A stretch of DNA of 64,000 nt from an uncultured Chloroflexia bacterium. GTDB taxonomy: Bacteria; Chloroflexota; Limnocylindria; Limnocylindrales; CSP1-4. This document shows positions 39,021-49,258 of this stretch, piece after piece (position 1 is the first letter of the stretch; every line of letters begins with the position of its first letter). Both the position numbers and the translations under genes were made by a program. Location: contig CAWFXA010000001.1 of NCBI GenBank assembly GCA_963819655.1, positions 1-64,000 on the forward strand, written 5' to 3'. The notes under the pieces are model-generated. The model ran no database searches, was not told where the DNA came from, and saw only the letters and a list, made by a program, of their open reading frames with translations.

Positions 39021-39090
39021 GTCTCGAGCGTACGGACAACGCGCTCGAACAAACAGTGGCCCGAGTGCCGCTCTCCGCTATGATCGGGCC

Positions 39091-40101
39091 ATGATCTCCG
39101 AGCGCCCTCACCGCGTCGCCGTCCTTGCGCTACCGGCCGTCATCCCGCTGGAACTCGGGATCGCGGCGGAGATCTTCGGTCGCGATCCGCATTACCGCCT
39201 GACCGTCTGCGCCGAGGGTCGGTCTGCGTCGCTCCCTGGTTCTGGGTTGACGGTCACTACCCCCGCTGGGCTGGAGGGACTCAAGCGCGCCGACACGGTC
39301 CTCATCCCGGGATACGAGGACGTCGACGCAGCCGTCTCGCCGGCCGCGCTCGACGCCATCCGTGCTGCGCACGCCCGGGGTGCCCGACTGGTATCGATCT
39401 GCACCGCCGCCTTTGCCCTTGCCGCGGCTGGAGTCCTCGACGACCGTCCCGCCACCACCCACTGGCGGTGGACTGCGGAGCTCCAGAGCCGCTACCCCAG
39501 GATCGACGTGCTGCCCAACCGCCTCTTCGTCGACGACGGCGATGTCCTTACGTCTGCTGGCGTGACCACCGGGATCGACTTGTCCCTTCATCTCATCCGG
39601 CGCGACTTCGGCTCGGCAGCCGCCAACACGCGAGCCCGCGGCCTCGTGGCTCCGCCTCAGCGTCAAGGAGGGCAAGCGCAGTTCATCGAACGCCTCATGC
39701 CCGACGCGAGCGGCGACCAACTCGGCCCCCTTCGCGACTGGATGCTCGAGAACCTCGCGCTCCCGCTCGACCTCGCCATGCTCGCGACGCGGGCACACAT
39801 GTCCCGACGCACGTTGAGCCGTCGGTTTCGTGAAGAGACGGGCCTATCTCCGATGGCCTGGCTCGCCGACGCACGCATCGATCGAGCGCGCGAGATCCTG
39901 GAGACCACCACCGAGCCGGTCGAGAACATCGGCCGCCTGACGGGACTCGGCGCGCCGGTGTCCGTTCGAGCGGCCTTCCATCGGCGGGTTGGCATCTCGC
40001 CGAAGGAATACCGTGCTGTCTGGCGCGGCTCGTCACCGGCAACGACGGCGACGACATTGCTCCGTGACGCGTCGGTGGATCAGGTGCGCCGTCTCACGTG
40101 A
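39091..40101 (+). CDS. GlxA-family AraC regulator (DJ-1/PfpI plus HTH)
   Basis: SICTAAF, TTHW, TSAGV, R.GGQAQF, SRRTLSRRF. Confidence 0.92.
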   Translation: MISERPHRVAVLALPAVIPLELGIAAEIFGRDPHYRLTVCAEGRSASLPGSGLTVTTPAGLEGLKRADTVLIPGYEDVDAAVSPAALDAIRAAHARGARLVSICTAAFALAAAGVLDDRPATTHWRWTAELQSRYPRIDVLPNRLFVDDGDVLTSAGVTTGIDLSLHLIRRDFGSAAANTRARGLVAPPQRQGGQAQFIERLMPDASGDQLGPLRDWMLENLALPLDLAMLATRAHMSRRTLSRRFREETGLSPMAWLADARIDRAREILETTTEPVENIGRLTGLGAPVSVRAAFHRRVGISPKEYRAVWRGSSPATTATTLLRDASVDQVRRLT

Positions 40102-40158
40102 TCGACAACCTGTCGGTCGCTCTGGGGCACTCGGGCCTCCTGTATCAGCCGATCGGCC

Positions 40159-40839
40159 TCACGCGGTGTCCCCTCCCCCCAGCCCCTCGAGGCCGTCAAG
40201 GATGACGTCGAGGCCGTACTCGAACTCGTCTGCGTAGTCGTAGCCAGGCTTCGTCACGTGGTCGGTGAGGATCTCGAGGAGGTACGGGTACTCCCCGGCC
40301 GGGAAAGGGTCGAGCATCGTCTGCGCCACGTCCGCGACTTCCTCCCCCGTATCGAACGGGAGGTTCATCTTCGTCAGCGCGAAGCCATAGATGTAGCTGT
40401 CCAGCAGCGAATAGGCGTGGGCGGCCATCGCGATGTCGAAGCCACCGGCCCGCAGGCTGCCGATCACCGCGTCGTGATGCCGCAGAGTTGCCGGGCCTGG
40501 GTTGCGCCGCGACTCCATCAGGCCGATCGCCCAGCGGTGACGAAGGAGGGCGTCGCGAAGCGAGATCGCTCGCCGGCGCATCTCATCCCTCCAATCGGGC
40601 GCGGTGGTCGACGGCAGCTCGACCTCGGTGAAGACCAGGTCGACGATGCCATCCACGATCTCGTCCTTGTTGGCGAAGTGGTAGTAGAGGGCCATCGCTT
40701 CGACTCCGAGCTCCTGACCGAGCTTGCGCATGCTGAGCGACTCGAGCCCGCCCTGATCGGCGAGCCTGAGCGCGGTCTGCAGGACGAGCTCCCGGCTCAG
40801 CGGGAGGCGGCGCGCTCGTTGCCTGGTGCTGGTCGTCAT
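40159..40839 (-). CDS. TetR family regulator (TetR_C type)
   Basis: [35 protein letters not shown]. Confidence 0.92.
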   Translation of the reverse strand: MTTSTRQRARRLPLSRELVLQTALRLADQGGLESLSMRKLGQELGVEAMALYYHFANKDEIVDGIVDLVFTEVELPSTTAPDWRDEMRRRAISLRDALLRHRWAIGLMESRRNPGPATLRHHDAVIGSLRAGGFDIAMAAHAYSLLDSYIYGFALTKMNLPFDTGEEVADVAQTMLDPFPAGEYPYLLEILTDHVTKPGYDYADEFEYGLDVILDGLEGLGGGDTA

Positions 40840-40889
40840 CGGCTTCCTTTCGGCCCTGGGCTTCCCATGCCCGTGGGTTGACTATTCAT

Positions 40890-40935
40890 ACTTTACACCG
40901 TACAGTCACGGCCTACCGACTTTACACCGTATAGT
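40890..40935. promoter_or_regulatory. Tandem TetR operators
   Basis: ACTTTACACCGTA(C/T)AGT twice, 29 bp apart. Confidence 0.72.
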
Positions 40936-40950
40936 GACTGGAGTCCAGCG

Positions 40951-40992
40951 ATGAAGGCCGTCACACAAGACAGGTACGGGACTGCCGAGGTT
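40951..40992 (+). pseudogene. 14-codon stub of an MDR-family alcohol dehydrogenase/quinone reductase
   Basis: GGAG RBS plus MKAVTQDRYGTAEV, then junction. Confidence 0.6.
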
Positions 40993-41086
40993 GACGGCGT
41001 AGCGCGGACCCGCCACCAGCAGCGCCGTGCGACGGCCAGGGTCGCGACGACCAGGTACCCGATAACGGCCGTCATCTGCGGCGGAC

Positions 41087-41785
41087 TCAGATGAGCAGGA
41101 ACACGCCGAGCGCGATCAGCCAGACCGACCAGGCGATGTAGGCAATGGGCACGATGGTCCCGGCCAGGTGCCAGCCGTCTCGCTCGTTGGGTCCGACGAA
41201 CTCGAGCGTCCCGATGAGCAGCGCGATGCCGATCACGATCCCAACGACGCCGAGCCATCCCGGCAGGACGCTGGTCGACAGGATCGATCCGGACACGAGC
41301 AGCGTCCACAGTCCGGTGAGCAGATAGCCGAGGTGCTCCCCGATGCCGACGCCGAGCAATCTGTGGAGTGTCGCGAACACCACCTCGACGGTCTTCCGGG
41401 TCGCATGACCCTCGGGCCCATCCGGCGCCGAAATGTAGCGGCGCGCCAGCTCCGGCACGGCGAACGGCCAGCGCACGAGCCCCAGTCCCTGGACGATCGC
41501 CGCTGTCGCACCGACCACCGCAGACAGAACGCTGAGGGCCGGTGACGCGCCGAGGACGACGGCCAGGAGCGCGGCCAAGGGCAGCATCAAGAGCGCCGAG
41601 ATCAGTAGCCCCTCCCAGCGCAGGATCAGCCCGGACCCGCCTGCCGCGAACCGACGAAGGATCTCATCGGGCTCTTTGCGCAGGATGTTCGGGTAGTCGA
41701 ATGCTCGCCCGAGTTCGAAGAATGCGACGTTGAACGTGATCGGGACGAGGATCAGCAGGACCGCGGTGACGGTTTCGGTGGTCAA
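41087..41785 (-). CDS. DUF4386-like membrane protein
   Basis: FDYPNILR, GLVRWPFAVP, GVGIGEHLGYL.TG.W. Confidence 0.78.
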   Translation of the reverse strand: MTTETVTAVLLILVPITFNVAFFELGRAFDYPNILRKEPDEILRRFAAGGSGLILRWEGLLISALLMLPLAALLAVVLGASPALSVLSAVVGATAAIVQGLGLVRWPFAVPELARRYISAPDGPEGHATRKTVEVVFATLHRLLGVGIGEHLGYLLTGLWTLLVSGSILSTSVLPGWLGVVGIVIGIALLIGTLEFVGPNERDGWHLAGTIVPIAYIAWSVWLIALGVFLLI

Positions 41786-42339
41786 GCCATAGCCCTGAGG
41801 GCGTCACGGGACGACACGAGACGCCAGAGGGCGACCCCCGTGATGATCTGCGAGACAAGGGCGCCGCTAGCCCCGTACACCGGCCAACCAGGTGCCAAGG
41901 CAACCCCGACGCTGGCCGTGATGAGCCAGCCCACGGCCCATGCCGCACCGGTGACGACGACCCAGACCCAGGCGTTCGCGATGCCGGCACGCATCAACAA
42001 GGCGGCCTGTACTGCACCGATGAGCAGACCCGACACGCCGCCGAGCACGATCGCCTCTGTCGAGGTCTCGATCTGGCCGATGGCCGCGGTGACTGCCGCG
42101 AGGGCGACCGCCAGAGCAACTGCGGTACCGGCGATCCACATCACCAGTGGCTGCCTTCGAAGCCAGAGGGCGATCCCCTGCGCCAGTCCGATGATCGCGC
42201 CGGCGATCAGGCCGGAAAGGACCGCTGCCGGCACGGTAGCGGCTGGCCCAGCGATCGCCTGCGCCAGGTAGCCACCGATCGGGAAACCGATCACGGCGAT
42301 GATCCAGGGCAGAACGACGGATGTACGGAGTCGGTCCAT
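41782..42339 (-). CDS. Gly/Ala-rich membrane protein
   Basis: Multiple TM helices with G..IG.AQ repeats. Confidence 0.75.
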   Translation of the reverse strand: MDRLRTSVVLPWIIAVIGFPIGGYLAQAIAGPAATVPAAVLSGLIAGAIIGLAQGIALWLRRQPLVMWIAGTAVALAVALAAVTAAIGQIETSTEAIVLGGVSGLLIGAVQAALLMRAGIANAWVWVVVTGAAWAVGWLITASVGVALAPGWPVYGASGALVSQIITGVALWRLVSSRDALRAMA

Positions 42340-42447
42340 TGGTGCACCTCGTGGCCATCGCCTTCGTGACGGTCCTCGGGCTGGACGTCAGGGAGCGCGT
42401 GCTCAGTTTGCGACATCGGATCGCGCGTCACCGCTTAACAGTGCGTG

Positions 42448-42487
42448 TTGACACCACGCAAACACAGCGATATAAACCCAAACACAG
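42448..42487 (+). promoter_or_regulatory. Sigma70 promoter of the PTS operon with DeoR-type direct repeats
   Basis: TTGACA-N17-TATAAA; CAAACACAG at 42459 and 42479. Confidence 0.75.
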
Positions 42488-43271
42488 ATGACTCAGAACT
42501 TAACCAACATGTACGCCGAGGAGCGCCAGCGCTGGATCGTCCAGCGCGCGCGTGCCGGCGGCCGGGTCGAGGTGGCCGCGCTCGCCGAGGAACTCGGGGT
42601 GACTACCGAGACCGTCCGACGCGACCTGACGACCCTCGAACGACATGCATTGCTCCGGCGGGTGCACGGTGGCGCCATCCCGATCGAGCGGCTCGGCTTC
42701 GAGCCGGCCCTGGCGGCCCGCGACAGCGTCCTGACGGCCGAAAAGGAGCAGATCGCCTTGCTGGCGCTCGGGGAGCTACCCGATGAAGGGTCGATCCTTC
42801 TCGATGCGGGCACGACGACGGCGCGGCTCGCGGACGCGCTGCCGACGGATCGCGAGCTGGTCGTACTCACGAATGCCCTGCCCATAGCGATGAAGCTGTC
42901 CGTGCGGCCGAACATCACGGTGCTGATCCTCGGGGGCAGGGTCCGTGGTCGCACACAAGCCGCCGTCGAATTCGTGGGCGCTCCAGGCTCTCGCCGACAG
43001 CTACGTCGACGTCGCCTTCATCGGCACGAACGGCATCAGCCCGGAGCGAGGCTTGACGACCCCGGATACCACCGAATCGGCAGTCAAGCGGGCCATGGTC
43101 CGGGCTGCGCGGCGGTCCGTCGTCCTCGCCGACCACACCAAGGTGGGCCAGGACCACCTGTCCCGGTTCGCCGCGCTCGACGAGATCGACACACTCATCA
43201 CGGACTCCGCGATCGATGCGCAGGTCGCCGACGAGCTCCGTTCGACGGGCCTCAAGGTCCTCCTCGCGTGA
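42488..43271 (+). CDS. DeoR/GlpR (FruR-like) regulator (frameshift near 42969)
   Basis: VTTETVRRDL, LDAGTT, LADHTK. Confidence 0.9.
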
Positions 43272-44215
43272 TCGTGACGCTGACCCTCAATCCGAGCGTC
43301 GACCGGACGGTCGAGGTCGAGACCCTCGCTCGGGGCGAGGTCACGAGGGCGGTGGGTGGGCGAGTCGATCCCGGCGGCAAGGGGATCAACGTCTCGCGGG
43401 CATTGGCGACCCATGGCCTCGCGACGCGAGCGGTGGTCACCGTCGGCGGTGCCGAGGGGGAGCATCTCGTCACCCTTCTGCGGGACTCGGGGATCGAGAT
43501 CGTACCCGTCAGGATCCGCGGGGCGATCCGGTCGAACATCACCATCGTCGAGCCGGACGGGACGACGACCAAGATCAATGAGCCGGGTGCCGAGCTGAGC
43601 ACCGATGAGCTCAACTCGGTGTTCGAGGCGGTTCTGCAGGTGATCGAGTCGGCCGACTGGCTCGTCGCGAGCGGCAGCCTCCCGCCCGAGACGCCGGCCA
43701 GTGTGTACGCCGACCTCGTCCGATCGCTGTCCGGCTCCGGGACCCGCGTGGCGGTCGACACCAGCGGCCCGGCCCTCGAGGCTGTCCTTGCGGCAGGACC
43801 GGCCTTGGTCAAGCCCAATCGGGACGAGCTCGCCGAGGCGACCGGCGTGCGCCTGGGGACCATCGCCGATGTCGTCGAGGCGGCCTGCCGGCTGCGCGAT
43901 CGCGGCGCCGCGGCCGTGCTCGCCAGCCTCGGCGCCGATGGTGCCGTGCTGGTCGACGACGACGGCGCCATCCATGGCCACACCCCGATCGTGTCGCCGC
44001 TCAGCTCGGTCGGCGCGGGTGACGCGATGTTGGCGGGCTTCCTGGCCGCTGGCGGCGCGGGCGCAGCCGCGTTGACCCAGGGCCTCGCCTGGGGCGCCGC
44101 TGCGGTGCTGCAGCCGGGCTCCGGCATGCCGTCACCCGATGACATCGACCTCGCGTCCGTTCGCCTCGAGCGACACGAGACAACGCGCCGGGATCTGTTC
44201 GCCATGCCGCCCTGA
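43268..44215 (+). CDS. fruK: 1-phosphofructokinase family hexose kinase
   Basis: IVTLTLNPSVD, GGKGINV, SGSLP, VKPN..EL, VGAGD. Confidence 0.88.
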   Translation: MIVTLTLNPSVDRTVEVETLARGEVTRAVGGRVDPGGKGINVSRALATHGLATRAVVTVGGAEGEHLVTLLRDSGIEIVPVRIRGAIRSNITIVEPDGTTTKINEPGAELSTDELNSVFEAVLQVIESADWLVASGSLPPETPASVYADLVRSLSGSGTRVAVDTSGPALEAVLAAGPALVKPNRDELAEATGVRLGTIADVVEAACRLRDRGAAAVLASLGADGAVLVDDDGAIHGHTPIVSPLSSVGAGDAMLAGFLAAGGAGAAALTQGLAWGAAAVLQPGSGMPSPDDIDLASVRLERHETTRRDLFAMPP

Positions 44216-44285
44216 CGCGGAGACCAGCGAGCGGGGATTGCAAGCGGAGGAGACGAACCGTCTCGAACGAAAGGGAGAGGATGAG

Positions 44286-45398
44286 ATGACCACCACGACT
44301 GCCGATCTGAAGCATCGGGAAGGGCCAGGATTACAGGCCACGATCCAGCGGGTCGGCGGCTTCCTCGCGGGCATGATCATGCCCAACATCTCCGCGTTCA
44401 TCGCGTGGGGCCTGATCACAGCCATCTTCATCCCGACCGGATGGTGGCCGAACGAGCAACTGGCGGCGCTCGTCGGCCCGATCATCCTCACCCTGCTGCC
44501 AGTGCTCATCGGCTACACCGGTGGACGCATCGTCCACGGTCAGCGTGGCGCCGTCATCGGTGCAGTGGCGACGATGGGCGTCGTGGTCGGCACCGATATC
44601 CCGATGTTCCTCGGAGCGATGATCATCGGGCCGCTCAGTGCCTACCTGCTCAAGCGCTTCGACGCCCTCGTGGAAGGGCGCGTCCGCTCCGGATTCGAGA
44701 TGCTGGTCGACAACTTCAGCGCCGGGATCCTTGGCCTGATCATGGCGGTCCTCGGCGTGCTGGCCGTGGGGCCGATCGTCGAGACGCTCGCCAATGCGGC
44801 GGGAGACGGCGTCGACATCCTCGTGGCGGCGGGCCTCCTCCCACTCGTGTCGATCATCGTCGAGCCGGCCAAGGTCCTGTTCCTCAACAACGCGATCAAT
44901 CACGGCGTCCTCGCGCCACTCGGCGTCGCCCAGGCGCTCGAGACAGGCAAGTCGATCCTGTTCATGATCGAGACCAATCCAGGACCGGGCCTTGGGATCC
45001 TCCTGGCATACTTCTTCTTCGGCCCGCGGGCGCTCCGGCCGACCGTGCCCACGGCGATCATCATCCAGTTCTTCGGCGGCATCCACGAGATCTATTTCCC
45101 GTACGTGCTGATCAAGCCCCGCCTGATCCTGGCCGCCATCGCAGGCGGCGCATCCGGGATCGCGATCGCGGTCGTCACGGGCGCCGGATTGGTCGCCACC
45201 CCCTCCCCCGGCAGCATCTTCGCCTACATGGCGGTGACACCGAGGGACGGGTACTTCGGGGTATTGGCGGCCATCGTCGTGGCCACGGTCGTCTCGTTCG
45301 GCGTGGCCTCGATGCTGCTGGGCTTCGGGCGCGCAGAGCAAGAGGTCACCGAGGAAGCCCCGCGGCAGGATGCCGTCCCGGCCGCGACGGGAGCGTGA
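44286..45398 (+). CDS. mtlA: PTS mannitol-family EIIC
   Basis: MIMPNI.AFIAWG, GFEMLVDNFS, LFLNNAINHG, GGIHEIYFPY. Confidence 0.92.
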   Translation: MTTTTADLKHREGPGLQATIQRVGGFLAGMIMPNISAFIAWGLITAIFIPTGWWPNEQLAALVGPIILTLLPVLIGYTGGRIVHGQRGAVIGAVATMGVVVGTDIPMFLGAMIIGPLSAYLLKRFDALVEGRVRSGFEMLVDNFSAGILGLIMAVLGVLAVGPIVETLANAAGDGVDILVAAGLLPLVSIIVEPAKVLFLNNAINHGVLAPLGVAQALETGKSILFMIETNPGPGLGILLAYFFFGPRALRPTVPTAIIIQFFGGIHEIYFPYVLIKPRLILAAIAGGASGIAIAVVTGAGLVATPSPGSIFAYMAVTPRDGYFGVLAAIVVATVVSFGVASMLLGFGRAEQEVTEEAPRQDAVPAATGA

Positions 45399-45404
45399 TC
45401 TGCT

Positions 45405-45713
45405 ATGCCTGACGTCAACGGTCGAGACATCCGCACCGTGGTCGTGGCCTGCGATGCCGGGATGGGCAGCAGTGTCATGGTCGCCAGCCAGATGCGTCAG
45501 CGGTTGAAGAAGTACGACGTGGCAGTCGAGCACCTCCCCGTCAACTCGATCCCCGCTGACACTCAGGTGGTGGTCACGCATGCAAGCCTCGCCAAGCGGG
45601 CGCAAGCGATGGCCCCCGGTGCTGTCGTCGTCCCGTTCCAGATCTTCATGGGCGACCCTGCCTTCGAGAAGGTCGAGGCCGCTATCCGGGACGGAGGTGT
45701 CCTTGCCGGCTGA
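45405..45713 (+). CDS. PTS mannitol-family EIIB (stand-alone)
   Basis: VACDAGMGSS phospho-Cys motif. Confidence 0.9.
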   Translation: MPDVNGRDIRTVVVACDAGMGSSVMVASQMRQRLKKYDVAVEHLPVNSIPADTQVVVTHASLAKRAQAMAPGAVVVPFQIFMGDPAFEKVEAAIRDGGVLAG

Positions 45714-46188
45714 CTCGACCACCCCATCGCCCGCCACCGATGTCCTCGTCCGCGAGGCCGTACGACTGGCGCAGCACGCCGACGACAAGTGGGATGCGCT
45801 GCGCCAGTCGGGGGCGCTCCTCGAGGCGCTCGGTGCGGTGGACGAGGGTTACGCCGCCGCGATCCTGGAACGCGAGGGCCAGATCTCGACCTACATGGGC
45901 GAGGGCGTGGCCATCCCCCACGGGACCGACGCGGCGCGCGCGCTGGTCCGCCGGACGGCGCTCGGGTTCCTCCAGTACCCAGACGGGGTCGACTGGGATG
46001 GCGAAACCGTCTACCTGTGCATCCCGATCGCCGCCAGCGGCGACGAACACGTGGGCGTCCTTTCGGCGCTCGCAGAGATCCTTGTCGATGACGACAGTGC
46101 GGCCGCGCTTCGCGGGGCCACCGACGTCGAGGTCGTCCTGAACCTGCTGAATCCCGGCGATCGGGCCGTCGACGAGCACGGCCCGTGA
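45703..46188 (+). CDS. PTS EIIA (mannitol/fructose type)
   Basis: ERE..STYMGEGVAIPHG, GVDW, DEH. Confidence 0.9.
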   Translation: MPADSTTPSPATDVLVREAVRLAQHADDKWDALRQSGALLEALGAVDEGYAAAILEREGQISTYMGEGVAIPHGTDAARALVRRTALGFLQYPDGVDWDGETVYLCIPIAASGDEHVGVLSALAEILVDDDSAAALRGATDVEVVLNLLNPGDRAVDEHGP

Positions 46189-47243
46189 AGGTTGCGCGGT
46201 TCTACGCTCCAGGCGACATCAGGATCGAGGACGCGCCGGAACCGTCTCCCGGTCCGGCCGAGATCAAGATCCGGGTCCGCAACTGCTCGACCTGTGGCAC
46301 GGACGTCAAGATCTATCGCTCGGGCCACCAGAACATCGATCCACCCCGGATCATGGGCCACGAGATCGCCGGCGAGGTCGTCGAGGTCGGCACCGATGTG
46401 GGGCCGGACGCGAGCGGCCAGCCCTGGGCCGTGGGCGATCGTGTCCAGGTCATCGCGGCCGTTCCGTGCGGCCACTGCCCGGACTGCCTCCGTGGCTGGA
46501 TGACGATCTGCCCGAACCAGACATCGATCGGTTATCAGTACGAAGGCGGTTTCGCCGAGTACCTCATCGTTCCGCACGAGGTGTTGCGGGTCGATGGCCT
46601 GAACCGCGTCCCGGAGGGCGTGGGCTTCGACGAGGCCTCGGTCGCCGAGCCTTTCGCCTGTGTCATCAATGCCCAGGAGCTGGCCCGCGTGGGAGCCGGG
46701 GACGACGTCGTGGTCATCGGGGCCGGACCCATCGGCTGCCTTCACGTGCGGCTGGCTCGCGCGCGCGGGGCGGCTCGGGTGTTCCTTGTCGAACTGAACC
46801 GCCAGCGCCTCGACATGTCGGCGGCGGTCGTGAACCCCGACGCCGCGATCGCGAGCAGCGAGAACGACCCGGTGGAGGCAGTGCTCGAGCTGACCGACGG
46901 CCGCGGCGTCGATGTCGCGATCACGGCTGCCGCGTCAGGCAAGGCCCAGGAAGATGCATTGCGGATGCTTGCCCGGCGTGGCCGCCTGTCGTTCTTCGGC
47001 GGTCTGCCGAAGGACAAGCCGACGATCACGCTCGACTCGAATCTCGTGCACTACCGTGAACTGACGATCGTCGGCGCGAACGGGTCGAGCCCCGATCACA
47101 ACAAGCAGGCCCTCGCCCTGATCGCCAGCGGCGAGGTGCCGGTCAGGGACCTGATCACCCACCGCTTGCCGTTGGAGCGTGTCCTCGACGCGATCGACAT
47201 CGTCTCCCGCGGCGAGGGCATCAAGGTCACGATCGAACCCTGA
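46185..47243 (+). CDS. Zinc-dependent (MDR) polyol(-phosphate) dehydrogenase
   Basis: CGTD, GHE, C..C..C.......C, GAGPIG. Confidence 0.9.
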   Translation: MKVARFYAPGDIRIEDAPEPSPGPAEIKIRVRNCSTCGTDVKIYRSGHQNIDPPRIMGHEIAGEVVEVGTDVGPDASGQPWAVGDRVQVIAAVPCGHCPDCLRGWMTICPNQTSIGYQYEGGFAEYLIVPHEVLRVDGLNRVPEGVGFDEASVAEPFACVINAQELARVGAGDDVVVIGAGPIGCLHVRLARARGAARVFLVELNRQRLDMSAAVVNPDAAIASSENDPVEAVLELTDGRGVDVAITAAASGKAQEDALRMLARRGRLSFFGGLPKDKPTITLDSNLVHYRELTIVGANGSSPDHNKQALALIASGEVPVRDLITHRLPLERVLDAIDIVSRGEGIKVTIEP

Positions 47244-47282
47244 GGGACGGACCGGGGGACCCGGCCCATGGAGGAGAGCGTC

Positions 47283-47555
47283 ATGGCGCAGCGAGAGGTC
47301 ATCGTCGGTTCGCGGATCGGGCTTCATGCCAGACCTGCGGCCCTGTTCGTGAAGGCGGCGACCGAGCAGCCGGTCAAGATCACGATCCGCAAGGGTGATG
47401 GCCCGCCGGTCGATGCCCGAAGCATCCTGCGGGTCCTCGCGCTCGGGGCGAAGAATGGCGACACCATCACCCTCGAGGCGGACGGCGACGGTGCGGTCGA
47501 AGCCCTGGAGGCCGTCGCGATCGTCGTCGCGGAGGACCATGACGATCCGGCCTGA
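47283..47555 (+). CDS. ptsH: Phosphocarrier HPr
   Basis: GLHARPA, DARSIL. Confidence 0.93.
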   Translation: MAQREVIVGSRIGLHARPAALFVKAATEQPVKITIRKGDGPPVDARSILRVLALGAKNGDTITLEADGDGAVEALEAVAIVVAEDHDDPA

Positions 47556-49195
47556 AGCACCCGCGTCGCCCTCGCCCCTGCAGGGGATCGGCGTCTGTCC
47601 GGGCCGCGTCGCCGGCCCGGTCGCGCTCATGGGGCCGCGGCCGCGACTGCCGGCAGATCGACCCGAGGTCGCAGACGCCGAGGCCGAGGCGACGGCCGCG
47701 CTTGCGGCACTCTCCGCGACGGCCGAGGACCTCGAACGGCGCGCCGCGTCGACCGCGATCCCGGGGGCCGCGGAGGTGCTCGAGGCGACCGCGATGATCG
47801 CCCGCGACCCCTCCCTCGAGGAGTCGATCCGATCGGCGATCGCCAAGGGTGAGCCGGCGGCGTGGGCGGTCAGCGTTGCGTTCGACGGCTTCCGGGCGAT
47901 GCTGCTCGACCTCGGTGGTTACATGGCGGAACGGGTCGGCGACCTCGACGACGTCCGCGACCGAACGGTTGCCCGGCTGCTCGGGCAGCCGCTGCCGGGC
48001 GTCCCCGAGCGCGAAACTCCGTTCATCCTGGTCGCCGACGACCTGGCCCCGGCCGACACCGTGACGCTGACGCCGGAACGGGTCTTGGCGCTGGTCACGA
48101 TGAGGGGCGGGCCGACGAGCCACACCGCCATCCTGGCTCGGAGCCTGGGGATCCCCGCAGTCGTCGCGACCCCAGGCGCCGAATCGCTGCACGATGGGGA
48201 GCTCGTCGAGGTCGACGGCGGAACGGGCCGGATCCGCCTCGGGATCACCCCGGACGAGGCCGCTGCGACGAACCTCGGCGAACAGGCGCGCCGTGCCGCG
48301 CGAGCCGCGAGTCGAGGGCCGGGACGGACCGCCGACGGCCATCCGGTCGCGCTGCTCCTCAACATCGGCGATGCGGCGGGTGCGGCTGCGGTCGCGAAGG
48401 TCGATGCCGAAGGCGTCGGTCTCTTCCGTACCGAGTTCCTGTATCTCGACCGGCAGGAAGCCCCGACGATCGACGAGCAGGTCGCGCTCTACACGGGCGT
48501 CCTGAGCGCGATGGGTGGCCGCAAGATCATCGTCCGAACGCTCGACGCCGGCGCCGACAAGCCGCTGCCGTTCCTCAACCCGGATCCGGAGGAGAACCCG
48601 GCGCTCGGCGTCCGCGGACTTCGGACCGCCCGGCGCTCGCCCGGAGGTGCTCGCCGACCAGCTCGCGGCGTTGGCCCTCGCGCAGCGGGCGACAGGCGCC
48701 GTCGTCTGGGTCATGGCGCCCATGGTGGCGACCGCGGCCGAGGCCAAGGGCTTCGTGGACCTCGCCCACGAGCACGGCCTGCCGGTCGCCGGCGTTATGG
48801 TCGAGATCCCGGCAGCTGCCCTGCGCGCTGCCGATCTTCTCCAATACTGCGACTTCCTGAGTATCGGGACCAACGACCTGGCGCAATACACGCTGGCGAC
48901 GGACAGGATGGCCGGAGAACTGGCCGACCTCCTGGATCCCTGGCAGCCGGCCCTACTCGACCTCATCCGGATGACGGCCGAAGCCGGCCAGGCGGCGGGC
49001 AAGTCGGTCGGCGTGTGCGGCGAGGCGGCCGCCTCGCCGGCACTGGCGCCGGTCCTTGTCGGTCTCGGTGTGACGTCGCTGTCGATGTCGGCGTCAGCCG
49101 TCGCGGATGTGCGGGACGCGCTCGCGGCGGTGACCCTTTCGGAGTGCCGAGAGTTGGCGCGTGACGCGCTCTCGGGCCAACGCCCAAGCGGTTGA
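47539..49195 (+). CDS. ptsI: PTS enzyme I (frameshift near 48637)
   Basis: TSHTAI, GLFRTEF, ENPALGVRG, SIGTNDL, GVCGE. Confidence 0.93.
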
Positions 49196-49258
49196 CCGCT
49201 ATTCCCCCTCGGGGTCCCGATCAGTCATCTTCGAGCGTCTCCTTCGGCTGCGAGCGGC

